A stretch of DNA of 64,000 bases from Elusimicrobiota bacterium (GCA_043811535.1 JBDRNC010000004.1:32001-96000), one strand, 5' to 3'. Shown: positions 1 through 10,058, counted from the stretch's first letter. A program made the numbers and translations. Notes: generated by a model from the sequence alone, not told the origin.

Positions 1-3000
1 CCGGACACTATTTGATCGTCATAGCTATACAGCCTTCCGCAATCGTCATAAGTGATTTGTGTGCGGTTTATATCCGTGACCGTATTCAGGTTACCGCCTG
101 AGACGCAGGCCAGGCCTTCTGCCGTCCTGCGGGTTGTCTCGCTATAACCTGTCATTTGGCCGAGATTGTTATAAACAATACTATTCCTTTCCGTTAAAAT
201 GTTCTGAACGCCGTTATTGTCATTCTGGGTATACGCTATCAGCTGTCCATTAATATTATATTTGCCGTTCCAGGCAGAATTTATAACCACATCCGGATTC
301 TCATTATTAACGGATGTTTCCGTATATGATGTAAGCAATTTCGCCGGAGAATACACCATGTTGGCGCGGCTGACATTGGAGACGATATTCAGCTTTTCGC
401 CATCTGACCCCTGGCCTGTTTTTATAGTATTTTCTTCAAAGGATGTTACCAGCCCCAAATCATTGTATTGAGTGGAAAGCCTGTTTATCTGCGTTGTTAT
501 CTCATGCGTGGTAAAACCCAGTATATTCCTGCCTGTCTCAACGATGGTTTGGGAGTATTTATCCTTTAAACCCCTGTTATTATAGGTGATACCGTATGTT
601 TTCCGGTTTACGTTAATTCCCGGCGCGTCGCTGGAATCAGTCGTTTCATCGGTTTCAACTACCTGTCCCAGGTTGTTATAAACCGTTTTCGTCCGGTTTA
701 ACGTTTCGATCTTAATAATATTGTTATTGTCTGAGTCTTCGAAAATCGTCTTCTGATAGTAGCTTTCAAGCTGGCCATAGTTATTATATGCCCCGTCCGA
801 CCATTTAATTCGTTGAGTAACTTGTGAATCCGATGTCTTCAGGGTTTCAATATATATTATCTTCTGGCCGACGCTGTTGTACCTGACATATTCTATCTGA
901 GATATTTGAGTATTATCGAGTACCACATTCCCTGAAGAGTCGTACGCAGTATTCCTCACGGTCTCTTTCCGTCCAGTTTCCTGCCCCAGGCCGTTTGTTG
1001 TAATATTTTCCGCCGTAGTTTCTGTAATATATCCATTGTTGTCTTTGGTCGTTTCCTTATAACCCGTGAAGACACCGGCCGCATCGTAAGTCATATCTTT
1101 GCGCTGAATTGTCACTCTTGTCCCCGGCAGATCGCTCCGCGTAATTTCTTCCGTGTATCCCAGCAGTCTCTGGGAACCGTCATAAACCATATCTGAACGC
1201 TTTGCAATAGTTTTCTGCCTGAATACCTCAGAACCTGTTCCGTCGTATCCCGTTTTTGTCACTGTTTCGCTGTACGTCAATACTTTGCCGTATTTGTCGT
1301 ACGTCATATCTCTCATATTGATTTCTGTGCTCATATTCTGATAATCCGACGATGCCTGAGTCTCGTCATAAGACACTATTTTACCGTTTTTATCATAGCC
1401 GATATTATTCCGGACATGCACTTCAATCCTGTCTATGCCGTTCCCGTATCCGTCGTCTCCGGTAGTCCTCGCTGTTTCTTTATAAGAAATAAGCCTTCCG
1501 TTAGCGTCAAATACCGCATTAGAACGGATAGTTTTTGTAATACAGTCAATATTTGCCACAATAAATACCGCTTCGTCTCCGCTAAGCGAGACAGATACCA
1601 CTTGGCCATTTATCCGGATTGCGACTGCCTTGCCGTTTAGAAGGTTTGTCTTATCATCGTCTGAAAGACTATCCCAGTCTATAACGCTGCCGGCAAACAG
1701 CAGTTTTGTCCTGGCAAGCATTTTCTCTTCTAAATTCGCCAAGTCCGGCAAAATATCCTTGGTTACGCCATACGTATGCGTTTCCTCATCCTGGCTTGCG
1801 ACGCTGCCGATAGAATCATATGTTATGTCTTTAACATTGTTAACTGTCGTTAAATCGGGCGCTTTTGAATCTACTATCGTTTCAGTGTATGATGTAATTT
1901 GGCCGTTTACGTTATATGTAATCCCGTATTTATCGGACGTTATTTTCTGCTCTTTAGAAAATATCCCGGGCTCTTTCAGCGTGGTTATGGTCGTATAGTG
2001 TGATGCGAGATTTGAGGAGGAATAACTACACGCATGCCATTCCGTTGTGGTTTCTGTGTCTATTCCGTCTGTTTTTGTTTTATCCACATAAGATATAAGC
2101 CGTCCAAGCGCGTCGTATGCCGCCGATGTCCTGATAGTAGTCTCTTTAACCTGGCCCGACGCGGTATCGCGCGTTGACTGCCGCGTAAATGTAAGCATCT
2201 GAGAAAGACCGTTGTACATGATCTCACTGACAGTTATCTCGTTTACGGACCCCGCAATATCGGTAGTTTTTTCCTGGTAAGAAAGTACTTCTCCGCGGGA
2301 GTTATAACAAGTGTTCTTGCGTTCAATTTTGGTTGACCCGCCGGGCGTCGCGCCGTCGTATACTTCGTCCGTATAGGCGGTAATTTGGCCGTCGCGGTTG
2401 CGGATTATATTGGTGCGTTTTACTATAACTGTATGGTCAATTCCGTCTGAGACAGTGCGGGTTTTCTCATTCCACGAAACAGGCGTGATCTCGGTTACTT
2501 CCGTGGTTTCACTCTGGTTGAGCATGACGCCGGACGGGTCCAGCCCGGTGGTTTCAACCACTTTCGTGTATTCAACTAAAGCGCCATTCTCGAGTCTGCT
2601 GTCCTGGATAACCGTCACTGTCTTTACATTCACTAATTGCCCTGAAGAGGTAACGCCTTGCGTAATTACAATCTCCACGCCGCCGGATTGCTGGTTGTAT
2701 TTATCGTATGTCTTATCTTTAACTGTCGTCGTAACCACGACTTGCGGGTCATTCGAATTTACGCATTCCTGGGTATACCCGGTCAACCTTCCCTGGCTGT
2801 CATATACAGCGTTAAACCATTTAATGTCTGTGACCGTCTTGTTAGAGTCAATAACAGTTTCTTCATAAGATACCATTTGATTTAAGCTGTTGTATTGGAT
2901 ATTGTCCCTGGATATCTTAGTTATATTTCCATGATCGCCTTCATACGTTTCTTCGTATGAAATAACGCGGTTTAGGCTGTCATATATTGCGTTTTCCCAT

Positions 3001-5108
3001 ATATGAGTGATTTTTTGGCCGTTTGCGCCGGTGTATATCTCTTTATAGGAAATCAGCCGGTTATACTGGTCATACTCGCCGTCTTGCCATTCTCTTGTAT
3101 AGACGCTGCCGTCAGAATCTATTATAGTCTCCTTAAATTCAACTACGTTTCCATAATCGTCATATTTTCCACCGCTCCATATTTTCGTGCTTGTTTTCCC
3201 GTAAATATCAGTAATTTCTTCAACATAATTTATTAATTGCCCGTATTCGTTATAACCCGGCTCTCCATTTACCCCGCCCGCTTTCCATTTTATTACGATG
3301 GTGTTTCCATTGCTGTCAACGATGTTCTCGGTATACTCGTTTAACCTGCCGTACTCATCGTAAGTTGCGCCGCTCCATTTTCTTGTAGTTACATTGCCGT
3401 AAATATCCGTCGATATTTCCGTATAACTTATTAACTGGCCGTATATATCGTAAACTCCGTCCTTCCAGACCCTCCTTGACTCGTTTCCGGAAGCATCAAT
3501 ATCGGATTCTTCGTAGTATAAAAGATGGCCATACCGGTCGAATGCGGCGTTCTTCCAAATCTTATATGTCGTATTTCCCAGCGAATCCGTTGTTTTTTCT
3601 TTATAAGCGGTAAGCCGCCCATATTTGTCATACTGCGCGTCTTTCCATTCGACATAGGATTTGTTGCCGCGGGCATCAGTGTCTTCTTCTATGTAAAATA
3701 CTACATCGCCCTGTCTCGTATAGGTTATGTCATGACGGTATAGCGTTGTCTCTTTGCCCAAGGCGTCTGTCCTGACTTCCCTGTAGGCGGTAACCCTTCC
3801 GGTATTGTCGTAATTCTCAACAGTCCATTTAACATGCGTGACTGTGCCGTCTATATTCGTATTGTTTTCATTATATGACGTCAGGCGCCCGAGATTATCG
3901 TATTTTCCGTTTTCCCACTCGATTGTTTTCACGCGTCCCAGAGCATCGGTGTCATACTCCCTGTAATAAACCAGCTGGCCGTATTTGTCGTATTCCGCGC
4001 TGTTAAAATCCCTTGTAGTTTTGTTGCCCTGATCATCGGTTGTTTCCTCAAAATAGGAAACCAGTAAATACTCGGGAATATCCTGCGCTTCGCCCCGTTT
4101 TTCCTTATCGTCGTCATATGCCTGATTCTTTATATACTGCCCTCCCGAGAAGTCCCGGGTTACCCTGTTTCCCAGCGCGTCCGTCGTTACTTCATGGAAT
4201 TCGGTCAGCTGCCTGTTCTCATCGTATTTTCCTCCGTACCATATTTTCTCGTTTACGTTGCCCCTTATATCCGTCTCTTTCTGATTGTAACTTACAAGCA
4301 GTTTGCCGTTATATTCCCCGTCTTTCCATTCTATTTTATCGGTGTTCCCGCGGGAATCAGTCGTCTCCTGGGTGTAGGATGTGAGCAATTTCTCGGCGTT
4401 CTTTTCCCTGTCCGGATCATGCGTTGAAGCATCTGTCCCGTAAAACACCGAGTCATCGGTGTATGTCCCGCCGTACCATTTGACGTATGTCGTGTTGCCC
4501 AGCGAATCCGTCGTGTACGACTCGTAAGCTGTTAACAGTTTCTTTGCGTTATACGCCATGTTATACGTATTGCGCAGGCTTATATTCCCATGCGCGTCCA
4601 CGATTCGTTCATTTTCAATCAGCACCTCGTTATCATCCTTAAACCATACCTTTTTGCCGTCCCCGTACAGGACATAATTAAAAAGCGAATTCTGCCCGAA
4701 TATTGAAAACACTTTATTCCGGGCATTATCCGCTTCTGCCGCAAGCTGATCGATGTTTTTACGGTGTTCAAAACCTGCCTGGTCTATATTCTGAGACACT
4801 TTATTTTGCACCTTGGCGCGCTGCCTGTCCTGGGCCTGCTCCACGCGGTTCTGGTAGTCAACGACGCCGTTTTGCTTCTTAATTCTTGACTGCACTGAAT
4901 CCGGAGAGAAATATCCGGACTGCCCCCTGTCCCTGAGTTCCCTTGTTTTTCCGTTGATTGCCTGGGCTATTCCGGGCCCGTAGGTTTGGGCAAACAGCAT
5001 TGCCGTGTTATGTATGCAACAGACATAAGTGAATACAACGGCTACGAACGTTGTAAAGCACTTACGCAGTACTTTTTTCGTTTTTGAGGACCGGTATTTT
5101 GTTTGCAT
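1..5108 (-). CDS. Giant secreted YD/RHS-like repeat protein, 5' portion only (>=1702 aa; runs off the left edge)
   Basis: Absent from the ORF track, as expected for an ORF with no stop inside the window. ATG at 5108 with upstream AAGGA gives MQTKYRSSKTKKVLRKCFTTFVAVVFTYVCCIHNTAMLFAQ (signal-peptide-like). The same frame gives coherent protein at 3300-3480 (WKDGVYDIYGQLISYTEISTDIYGNVTTRKWSGATYDEYGRLNEYTENIVDSNGNT) and at the left edge (YSYDDQIVS). Spot-checked, not translated codon by codon. Confidence 0.85.
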   Translation of the reverse strand, partial: MQTKYRSSKTKKVLRKCFTTFVAVVFTYVCCIHNTAMLFAQTYGPGIAQAINGKTRELRDRGQSGYFSPDSVQSRIKKQNGVVDYQNRVEQAQDRQRAKVQNKVSQNIDQAGFEHRKNIDQLAAEADNARNKVFSIFGQNSLFNYVLYGDGKKVWFKDDNEVLIENERIVDAHGNISLRNTYNMAYNAKKLLTAYESYTTDSLGNTTYVKWYGGTYTDDSVFYGTDASTHDPDREKNAEKLLTSYTQETTDSRGNTDKIEWKDGEYNGKLLVSYNQKETDIRGNVNEKIWYGGKYDENRQLTEFHEVTTDALGNRVTRDFSGGQYIKNQAYDDDKEKRGEAQDIPEYLLVSYFEETTDDQGNKTTRDFNSAEYDKYGQLVYYREYDTDALGRVKTIEWENGKYDNLGRLTSYNENNTNIDGTVTHVKWTVENYDNTGRVTAYREVRTDALGKETTLYRHDITYTRQGDVVFYIEEDTDARGNKSYVEWKDAQYDKYGRLTAYKEKTTDSLGNTTYKIWKNAAFDRYGHLLYYEESDIDASGNESRRVWKDGVYDIYGQLISYTEISTDIYGNVTTRKWSGATYDEYGRLNEYTENIVDSNGNTIVIKWKAGGVNGEPGYNEYGQLINYVEEITDIYGKTSTKIWSGGKYDDYGNVVEFKETIIDSDGSVYTREWQDGEYDQYNRLISYKEIYTGANGQKITHIWENAIYDSLNRVISYEETYEGDHGNITKISRDNIQYNSLNQMVSYEETVIDSNKTVTDIKWFNAVYDSQGRLTGYTQECVNSNDPQVVVTTTVKDKTYDKYNQQSGGVEIVITQGVTSSGQLVNVKTVTVIQDSRLENGALVEYTKVVETTGLDPSGVMLNQSETTEVTEITPVSWNEKTRTVSDGIDHTVIVKRTNIIRNRDGQITAYTDEVYDGATPGGSTKIERKNTCYNSRGEVLSYQEKTTDIAGSVNEITVSEIMYNGLSQMLTFTRQSTRDTASGQVKETTIRTSAAYDALGRLISYVDKTKTDGIDTETTTEWHACSYSSSNLASHYTTITTLKEPGIFSKEQKITSDKYGITYNVNGQITSYTETIVDSKAPDLTTVNNVKDITYDSIGSVASQDEETHTYGVTKDILPDLANLEEKMLARTKLLFAGSVIDWDSLSDDDKTNLLNGKAVAIRINGQVVSVSLSGDEAVFIVANIDCITKTIRSNAVFDANGRLISYKETARTTGDDGYGNGIDRIEVHVRNNIGYDKNGKIVSYDETQASSDYQNMSTEINMRDMTYDKYGKVLTYSETVTKTGYDGTGSEVFRQKTIAKRSDMVYDGSQRLLGYTEEITRSDLPGTRVTIQRKDMTYDAAGVFTGYKETTKDNNGYITETTAENITTNGLGQETGRKETVRNTAYDSSGNVVLDNTQISQIEYVRYNSVGQKIIYIETLKTSDSQVTQRIKWSDGAYNNYGQLESYYQKTIFEDSDNNNIIKIETLNRTKTVYNNLGQVVETDETTDSSDAPGINVNRKTYGITYNNRGLKDKYSQTIVETGRNILGFTTHEITTQINRLSTQYNDLGLVTSFEENTIKTGQGSDGEKLNIVSNVSRANMVYSPAKLLTSYTETSVNNENPDVVINSAWNGKYNINGQLIAYTQNDNNGVQNILTERNSIVYNNLGQMTGYSETTRRTAEGLACVSGGNLNTVTDINRTQITYDDCGRLYSYDDQIVS

Positions 5109-5127
5109 GTTATTTGTTTATCCTTTT

Positions 5128-5149
5128 TCACTTACAATATACCGATCCG
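5128..5149 (-). promoter_or_regulatory. Conserved upstream motif CGGATCGGTATATTGTAAGTGA (copy 1), candidate alternative-sigma promoter
   Basis: 21/22 identical to 17161-17182; both copies lie just upstream of a minus-strand start codon. Confidence 0.55.
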
Positions 5150-5177
5150 CGCGTATTTTTTGTCGTGTCCCGCAAAT

Positions 5178-5202
5178 AAAAAAAACGGCTTTTAGCCGTT
5201 TT
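5178..5202 (-). terminator. Intrinsic terminator after the sigma-factor gene
   Basis: Stem AAAACGGCT/AGCCGTTTT followed by a T-run on the minus strand. Confidence 0.6.
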
Positions 5203-5240
5203 ATAATATCATTGAATTTACAATCAATATTGTTGCTTAA

Positions 5241-5900
5241 TTATTCATTGAACCCCTGCATCCTTTTCTTAATCCTCGCTCTCATGTTATATATATCGGA
5301 TATTTTCATATTCATTTTTTGGGCGGCCTCGTCTTCACCGTACTGCGCAACATACTCCAGATATCTCATCTCCTTCGGCCCAAGCCATTTTGACAGTTTA
5401 TTCAACAGCAGTTCAACCTCTCTTTTCTCATCCGCCTTTTTGTCTTCTAAATCATGCCTGTCCTCAATCCCTGGATGTAGCGATATTACCTCGCTCTTGA
5501 CCTTATGTTTTGCCAGAATGTTGTAGTACTTGTGTTTATCCCCATAAGTGAATCCGTCGCCTTTTATTAAATTAAGTTCTCTTTGAATGTTCTTGTACAC
5601 ATGAAATTTAGAATATGTGATGAACTTCGCCCCGTGTTTCCTGGCTATGTTCGGGTTATACTTCTCCAGCGCCGCAGTTGTGCCTATTACTGACGCCGAG
5701 TATAGTTCTTCTATGGGCATATTGTTTTTTGAAGCCACTTTTTGCATTAATGGGATAAAATACTCGACCGATTCCTCTATTACCTTGTCTTTGTCTTCCT
5801 GTTTTTTGTCCTTAACATATCTTTGGATGTGAAACTCTATTGAGTCGCAAAGCTTCTGATTACCAGTATCCGGCGTTCTTGTCTTATCAGGAATGGACAT
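5241..5900 (-). CDS. Sigma-70 family RNA polymerase sigma factor (small, alternative or phage-like)
   Basis: Region 2-like IPLMQKVASK..IEELYSASVIG..AALEKYNP...KFITYSKFHVYKNIQREL; C-terminal region 4 HTH-like GEDEAAQKMNMKISDIYNMRARIKKRM. Confidence 0.75.
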   Translation of the reverse strand: MSIPDKTRTPDTGNQKLCDSIEFHIQRYVKDKKQEDKDKVIEESVEYFIPLMQKVASKNNMPIEELYSASVIGTTAALEKYNPNIARKHGAKFITYSKFHVYKNIQRELNLIKGDGFTYGDKHKYYNILAKHKVKSEVISLHPGIEDRHDLEDKKADEKREVELLLNKLSKWLGPKEMRYLEYVAQYGEDEAAQKMNMKISDIYNMRARIKKRMQGFNE

Positions 5901-5906
5901 TTCTGT

Positions 5907-6995
5907 TTATATTAATCCTTTTTTTCTGCAAAGAATTGTATTTATGCTTGTCCCGCCTTCCCTTGCCGGATCTACTATTTCTATTTCCCTTTGTTTGATG
6001 TTTTCAAATATCTTTGCTATTTCTGCCGCCTTTTCCATATCTTTCATCATTGTTTTAACTATCATGCCATGACAGTATTCAAGCCATTCATTATTGATTT
6101 TTCGCGTCCCCGGAGCGACCGGGATGACGTCCGGTTCCGCGAACAATTCGGAAGCGGACATGCATTCAAGCGCGTCTTCCGTGAAAATAACGGTAGAACC
6201 GCTGCGCAGGCGCATTAACCTGTTACCGTTTAAAAGCATGGGGATGTCGTTTTTCGGATTAATGAATATGGGTTTTTCATCCGATATATCCCAACCCTGC
6301 AAATTTGTGATAACGTCTTTTTCAAAGAACGGGATGACAATCCTGTAATTCTCGAATTTCAGCCCGCCGTCGTACGTCAATATTCCCGCCTTGATAAGGC
6401 TTTCGCTGTTCGGATACTTGTCTCTAAGCCACTTCATAACCTTTTCAAGGTCGTTCAGATATACCACGTTATATTGATGTAGTGTGCTTTTTGATATTCC
6501 CATCCGTTCAAACCCGGCTGCAACTTCAGGGAACTCTGTCACCCTCTTCCCCGAAGCCCAAATAAGGCTATACATCGGAGTGTACATCGATGTATCCGCC
6601 ACATTATGCAGGAGTTCCGTTCTTTCGTCAGAGTAGCCGTCAAAACCCCTTTCCTTTCTCTCTTTTTCAAGTTTACTATTAAACTCGTCTACATAAGCGA
6701 CTGCTTCCGGTAAACCGATTTTCTTTATAGCCATAACAAGTTCGAAACAGTCGCCCCTCCATCTGCCTGTCATCTTAGTCAACGGGTCATCCTTGCAGAC
6801 AAGGCATTCAAACGTCCTTATTAACGGATGAACCACGAAACTTGCGTGCGCGTCGCCCTGGGCGTGATTCTCTCCCCGGGGACAATGAAAGGTCTTTGCG
6901 CCGCGCATTCTCTTCAACCCCAGATGAGCGCATAGCGCGATCATATCGCATTTTTGTTTAATTTCTTCCATGTATTCGTCATCTAAATGGCTCAT
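5907..6995 (-). CDS. DnaG-like primase-related protein (CHC2 zinc finger + degenerate Toprim)
   Basis: FHCPRGENH...SFVVH...FECLVC zinc finger, GDCFELVM..K.IGLPEAV, RIVIPF, and Toprim-like VIFTEDALECMS. Confidence 0.7.
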   Translation of the reverse strand: MSHLDDEYMEEIKQKCDMIALCAHLGLKRMRGAKTFHCPRGENHAQGDAHASFVVHPLIRTFECLVCKDDPLTKMTGRWRGDCFELVMAIKKIGLPEAVAYVDEFNSKLEKERKERGFDGYSDERTELLHNVADTSMYTPMYSLIWASGKRVTEFPEVAAGFERMGISKSTLHQYNVVYLNDLEKVMKWLRDKYPNSESLIKAGILTYDGGLKFENYRIVIPFFEKDVITNLQGWDISDEKPIFINPKNDIPMLLNGNRLMRLRSGSTVIFTEDALECMSASELFAEPDVIPVAPGTRKINNEWLEYCHGMIVKTMMKDMEKAAEIAKIFENIKQREIEIVDPAREGGTSINTILCRKKGLI

Positions 6996-7081
6996 CGCTT
7001 TTTGTTCCTTTAGGATAATGCTTTGGATTCTTAAGGGATATTATAATATTTTACAATACCCTATACAAGTAAGCGCTAAAC

Positions 7082-7110
7082 AAAAAACCCATATTTCAAA
7101 AATACGGGTT
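7082..7110 (-). terminator. Intrinsic terminator after the HK-RR-GGDEF operon
   Basis: Minus strand AAACCCGTATTT-TTG-AAATATGGGTTT followed by TTT. Confidence 0.5.
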
Positions 7111-7203
7111 TAATATTGTAATGTGCGCTATTATAAAAACACTGTTAAAATATGCCCTATCTTATACAATATATTCTTGGATTGAATTCATTATACAGCG
7201 TTT

Positions 7204-8157
7204 TCATTCGCTTTTTCTTTGATCAACATAATACGAATCGCCTTTTACCGCCTTTGCCGCTCTTTTTACTTCGGTCAGCATGTTTGACGCTTCAGGCCAG
7301 TTTTTTGCCTTCCGGAAATCTGATATTATCACGCCGATACTTATGCTTAAAAGATTATACTTTTCAGTCTCTCCTTTGCGGTTTTTCCCTTCAAAATATC
7401 CGCGCGCGACATCGCTTTCCGCATATGCCACACACCGCACCTTATCCATTTGGCCTATTATTGCCTTACAGAGGATATCAATATTAAAATCGCCCCAGGC
7501 GGCCGCAACGAAGTCATCGCCGCCAATATGACCTAAGAAATAGGTTTTGGGCACTATCTGCCTCAAGCCTCTATCTATGGCCTTTGCCACTTCCCTGATA
7601 GCCTTGTCGCCGTTATCCGTCCCGTAAACATCATTATAGGCCTTGAAATTATCGCAATCAATGTACAGAACGGCATACCTGTCCTTTTCGGCCACAATAT
7701 GGTTAATTTCCCTTGTAATCAGGCTGTTCCCCGGAAGCCGTGTTAACGTGTTAATATCTATCTGTATCTTATGCTCCACCAAAATGCTTTGAACAAGCGA
7801 TATGAGTTCCTGTTTATTCCTGTCTTTTTCAAAGAAATACGGCGTTATTGTCCTGGCCAGGATTTTATCCTGATGGCCTGTATTTTTCCCTGTAAGATAT
7901 AGAAACGGTATATGCATTAGCCGGTAATCTTTCCTTACTTCCTCCCCGAACAGATAGCCGTTCATTTCCGGCATGCTTATGTCCGAAATTATAATATCCG
8001 GCACTTTATTATCGCTGTTCGAAAGGTATTCCAGGGCCTTTTCCGGACGCGTAAAATCCATAATCTCGTAAATATCCTGTGTTTCAAATAGAAGCCTGTA
8101 TTGCTCCAAGGCCTCTGGCTCGTCATCTACAATCATGATATTCGCTTTCGGAATCAT
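7204..8157 (-). CDS. Response regulator with diguanylate cyclase domain (REC-GGDEF)
   Basis: IMIVDDE, IISDISMPEMNG receiver; NTLTRLPGN, YIDCDNFKAYNDVYG, GHIGGDDF. Confidence 0.92.
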   Translation of the reverse strand: MIPKANIMIVDDEPEALEQYRLLFETQDIYEIMDFTRPEKALEYLSNSDNKVPDIIISDISMPEMNGYLFGEEVRKDYRLMHIPFLYLTGKNTGHQDKILARTITPYFFEKDRNKQELISLVQSILVEHKIQIDINTLTRLPGNSLITREINHIVAEKDRYAVLYIDCDNFKAYNDVYGTDNGDKAIREVAKAIDRGLRQIVPKTYFLGHIGGDDFVAAAWGDFNIDILCKAIIGQMDKVRCVAYAESDVARGYFEGKNRKGETEKYNLLSISIGVIISDFRKAKNWPEASNMLTEVKRAAKAVKGDSYYVDQRKSE

Positions 8158-8160
8158 TTG

Positions 8161-8538
8161 TTAACCTTTTCTTATGACTTTGTTTGTTATTGCCGTAAAA
8201 TCGCCGGATTTAACGGGTTTTACCAGATACCCTGCTATTCTATCATTTTTTTCAAGTTCTTTTTTTAGATTCCGGTTATCCAACACCGTTACTACAACTA
8301 TCGGTATGTTCTTCGTTGCTTCATCCTCCCCCATTTTCTTTATAACGTCTATCCCGTCTTCCCCGGGCATTAACAGATCCATTGTTATTAGGTCCGGTTT
8401 TATGCTTTTTGCCTTATTAAACCCGTCTTCTCCGGAATAAGCCAAAACCGTGTCAAAACCCCTGTCTTTGAGATTTAGGGCTATTATTCTGCCGTGATCG
8501 GCTTCATCGTCGATAATTAACGCAGTTTTTCTGCCCAA
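8161..8538 (-). CDS. Single-domain response regulator (CheY-like)
   Basis: LIIDDE, DLITMDLLMPGEDG, YLVKPV; TTG start. Confidence 0.9.
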   Translation of the reverse strand: MGRKTALIIDDEADHGRIIALNLKDRGFDTVLAYSGEDGFNKAKSIKPDLITMDLLMPGEDGIDVIKKMGEDEATKNIPIVVVTVLDNRNLKKELEKNDRIAGYLVKPVKSGDFTAITNKVIRKG

Positions 8539-9939
8539 CTACGCCCCCTTCTGCGTTTTTGGTAGTAAAAAGATAAACGAGGTCGATACCCCGTATTCCG
8601 ATTGCGCGAATATCTGTCCTTTATGCATTTCAACTATATCCTTGCTGATTGCCAGCCCCAGCCCGGTACCTCTTCTTCTTTCTTTATGATGCTCCAGGCT
8701 ATCGCTCTGTTCAAAGCGATTAAACAACTTATTAATATTTTCTGTTTTTATGCCTTTCCCGGAATTCTTTACTTCACAGCGTATCTTATTATCAACCGGC
8801 CATACCTTTATTTCGATTTTCCCGTTTTCCGAGGTAAACTTTATCGCGTTTCCCACAAGATTTATGATAATCCTCTTTACATGGTCCTCATCGCACTCCA
8901 GCTCCACCCTTTCCCTTGATCCCGACAGAACACACTCCACCTTCTTTTCAATGCAGACCATCTTGTTCATGTTCACCACGTCCTGCGCCATGTCGAACAT
9001 ATTGCTTTTCTTGAAATCCAAATCGAACTTACCGCTTTTTATCTTTGCCAGGTCAAGAATGTTGTTTATGAACCCGCTTAACCTTTCCGACGCTTTTCGG
9101 ATTAAGTTCAGGTGATTCACCTGTGTTACGTTAATTTCCCCGTCCTGTTCCGAAAGAAGCCTTTCTACATACGATAACACCGACGCTATCGGGCTTCTCA
9201 ACTCATGGGACACGTTATTGACAAAATCATCCTTTAATTCCTCCACTTCTTTCCTTTTTACCACCATTTGGTTAAATTCTTTTGTCACACGCGCAATCTC
9301 ATCGCGACCACGCGGATTCACTTTTACCGTTAAATCCCCCGCCGCTACTTCTTTGCACGCCTTTGCAAGCCTTACTAAAGGCCTTGAAATAGTTTCTGAA
9401 AATATCAGGACAAATAAAAGCCCGAACAACAGGCTGTAGAGCGTGTATTCCTTTATCTGTTTAGCAACTACATCGATTTTCTTGTCTATTACCGCAACAA
9501 TTATGTCATTATCATATTTGACTCTCATTTTGCCTAAATATGTCTTCCTGACCGCGGCCGTTACATCTGTTTCTTTTATTATCAGATTTCCCTGATCAGC
9601 GTCTTTTCCTTCGAAAACATTTCCTATCCGGTCAGTCATTGTATCGGCTACTATGCGGCCATGGCTGTTTAAAAGCGTTATGCCGCGCAGCGAATTATCC
9701 CCTTTTTCCCTGTCGCCCCTTTGAACGGCTTTTATGTAGTTAATGATCGGAACAAATTCACTCGCTTCCATATTGTCCGCGACGATTATTGCCAGTTTAT
9801 TGACTTCTTCCCCCTTGTTCTTGATAACATCTTCATACATAACGCTTCGCATGAGGTTATAAAAAAGCATACTTGCCGGTGTAAGGGCAAGTATAGCTAT
9901 GAACGTCATGGTGAGTATCAGTTTATATCGTATGCCCAT
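8539..9939 (-). CDS. Membrane sensor histidine kinase (HAMP-HisKA-HATPase)
   Basis: Two hydrophobic segments, HAMP, SHELRSP H-box, NLVGNAIKF, GTGLGLAI. Confidence 0.95.
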   Translation of the reverse strand: MGIRYKLILTMTFIAILALTPASMLFYNLMRSVMYEDVIKNKGEEVNKLAIIVADNMEASEFVPIINYIKAVQRGDREKGDNSLRGITLLNSHGRIVADTMTDRIGNVFEGKDADQGNLIIKETDVTAAVRKTYLGKMRVKYDNDIIVAVIDKKIDVVAKQIKEYTLYSLLFGLLFVLIFSETISRPLVRLAKACKEVAAGDLTVKVNPRGRDEIARVTKEFNQMVVKRKEVEELKDDFVNNVSHELRSPIASVLSYVERLLSEQDGEINVTQVNHLNLIRKASERLSGFINNILDLAKIKSGKFDLDFKKSNMFDMAQDVVNMNKMVCIEKKVECVLSGSRERVELECDEDHVKRIIINLVGNAIKFTSENGKIEIKVWPVDNKIRCEVKNSGKGIKTENINKLFNRFEQSDSLEHHKERRRGTGLGLAISKDIVEMHKGQIFAQSEYGVSTSFIFLLPKTQKGA

Positions 9940-9945
9940 TTTATG

Positions 9946-10055
9946 GTGATGCTCCTTCCCGAAAGTGTCGGATAGGCTTCTTTAATAACGCAGCCTACTG
10001 CGACATCATTATGCATTCACCCTCCGACGAAAGTCGGGGGGATTTCATGTCGCAT
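9946..10055 (-). mobile_element. Candidate non-autonomous IS200/IS605-derived miniature element
   Basis: Minus strand has hairpin CCCCCCGAC-TTTC-GTCGGAGGG and ends GAAGCCTATCCGACACTTTCGGGAAGGAGCATCAC, resembling IS605-family right ends (GAAGCC..hairpin..TCAC); no ORF inside. Confidence 0.45.
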
Positions 10056-10058
10056 GTA

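Noticed and set aside
217..5526. Short ORFs listed in the track over the first 5.5 kb
   Set aside because: They are antisense or out-of-frame shadows of the giant minus-strand CDS and the sigma gene
5241..6995. Prophage
   Set aside because: No integrase, terminase, capsid, tail or lysis genes are in the window
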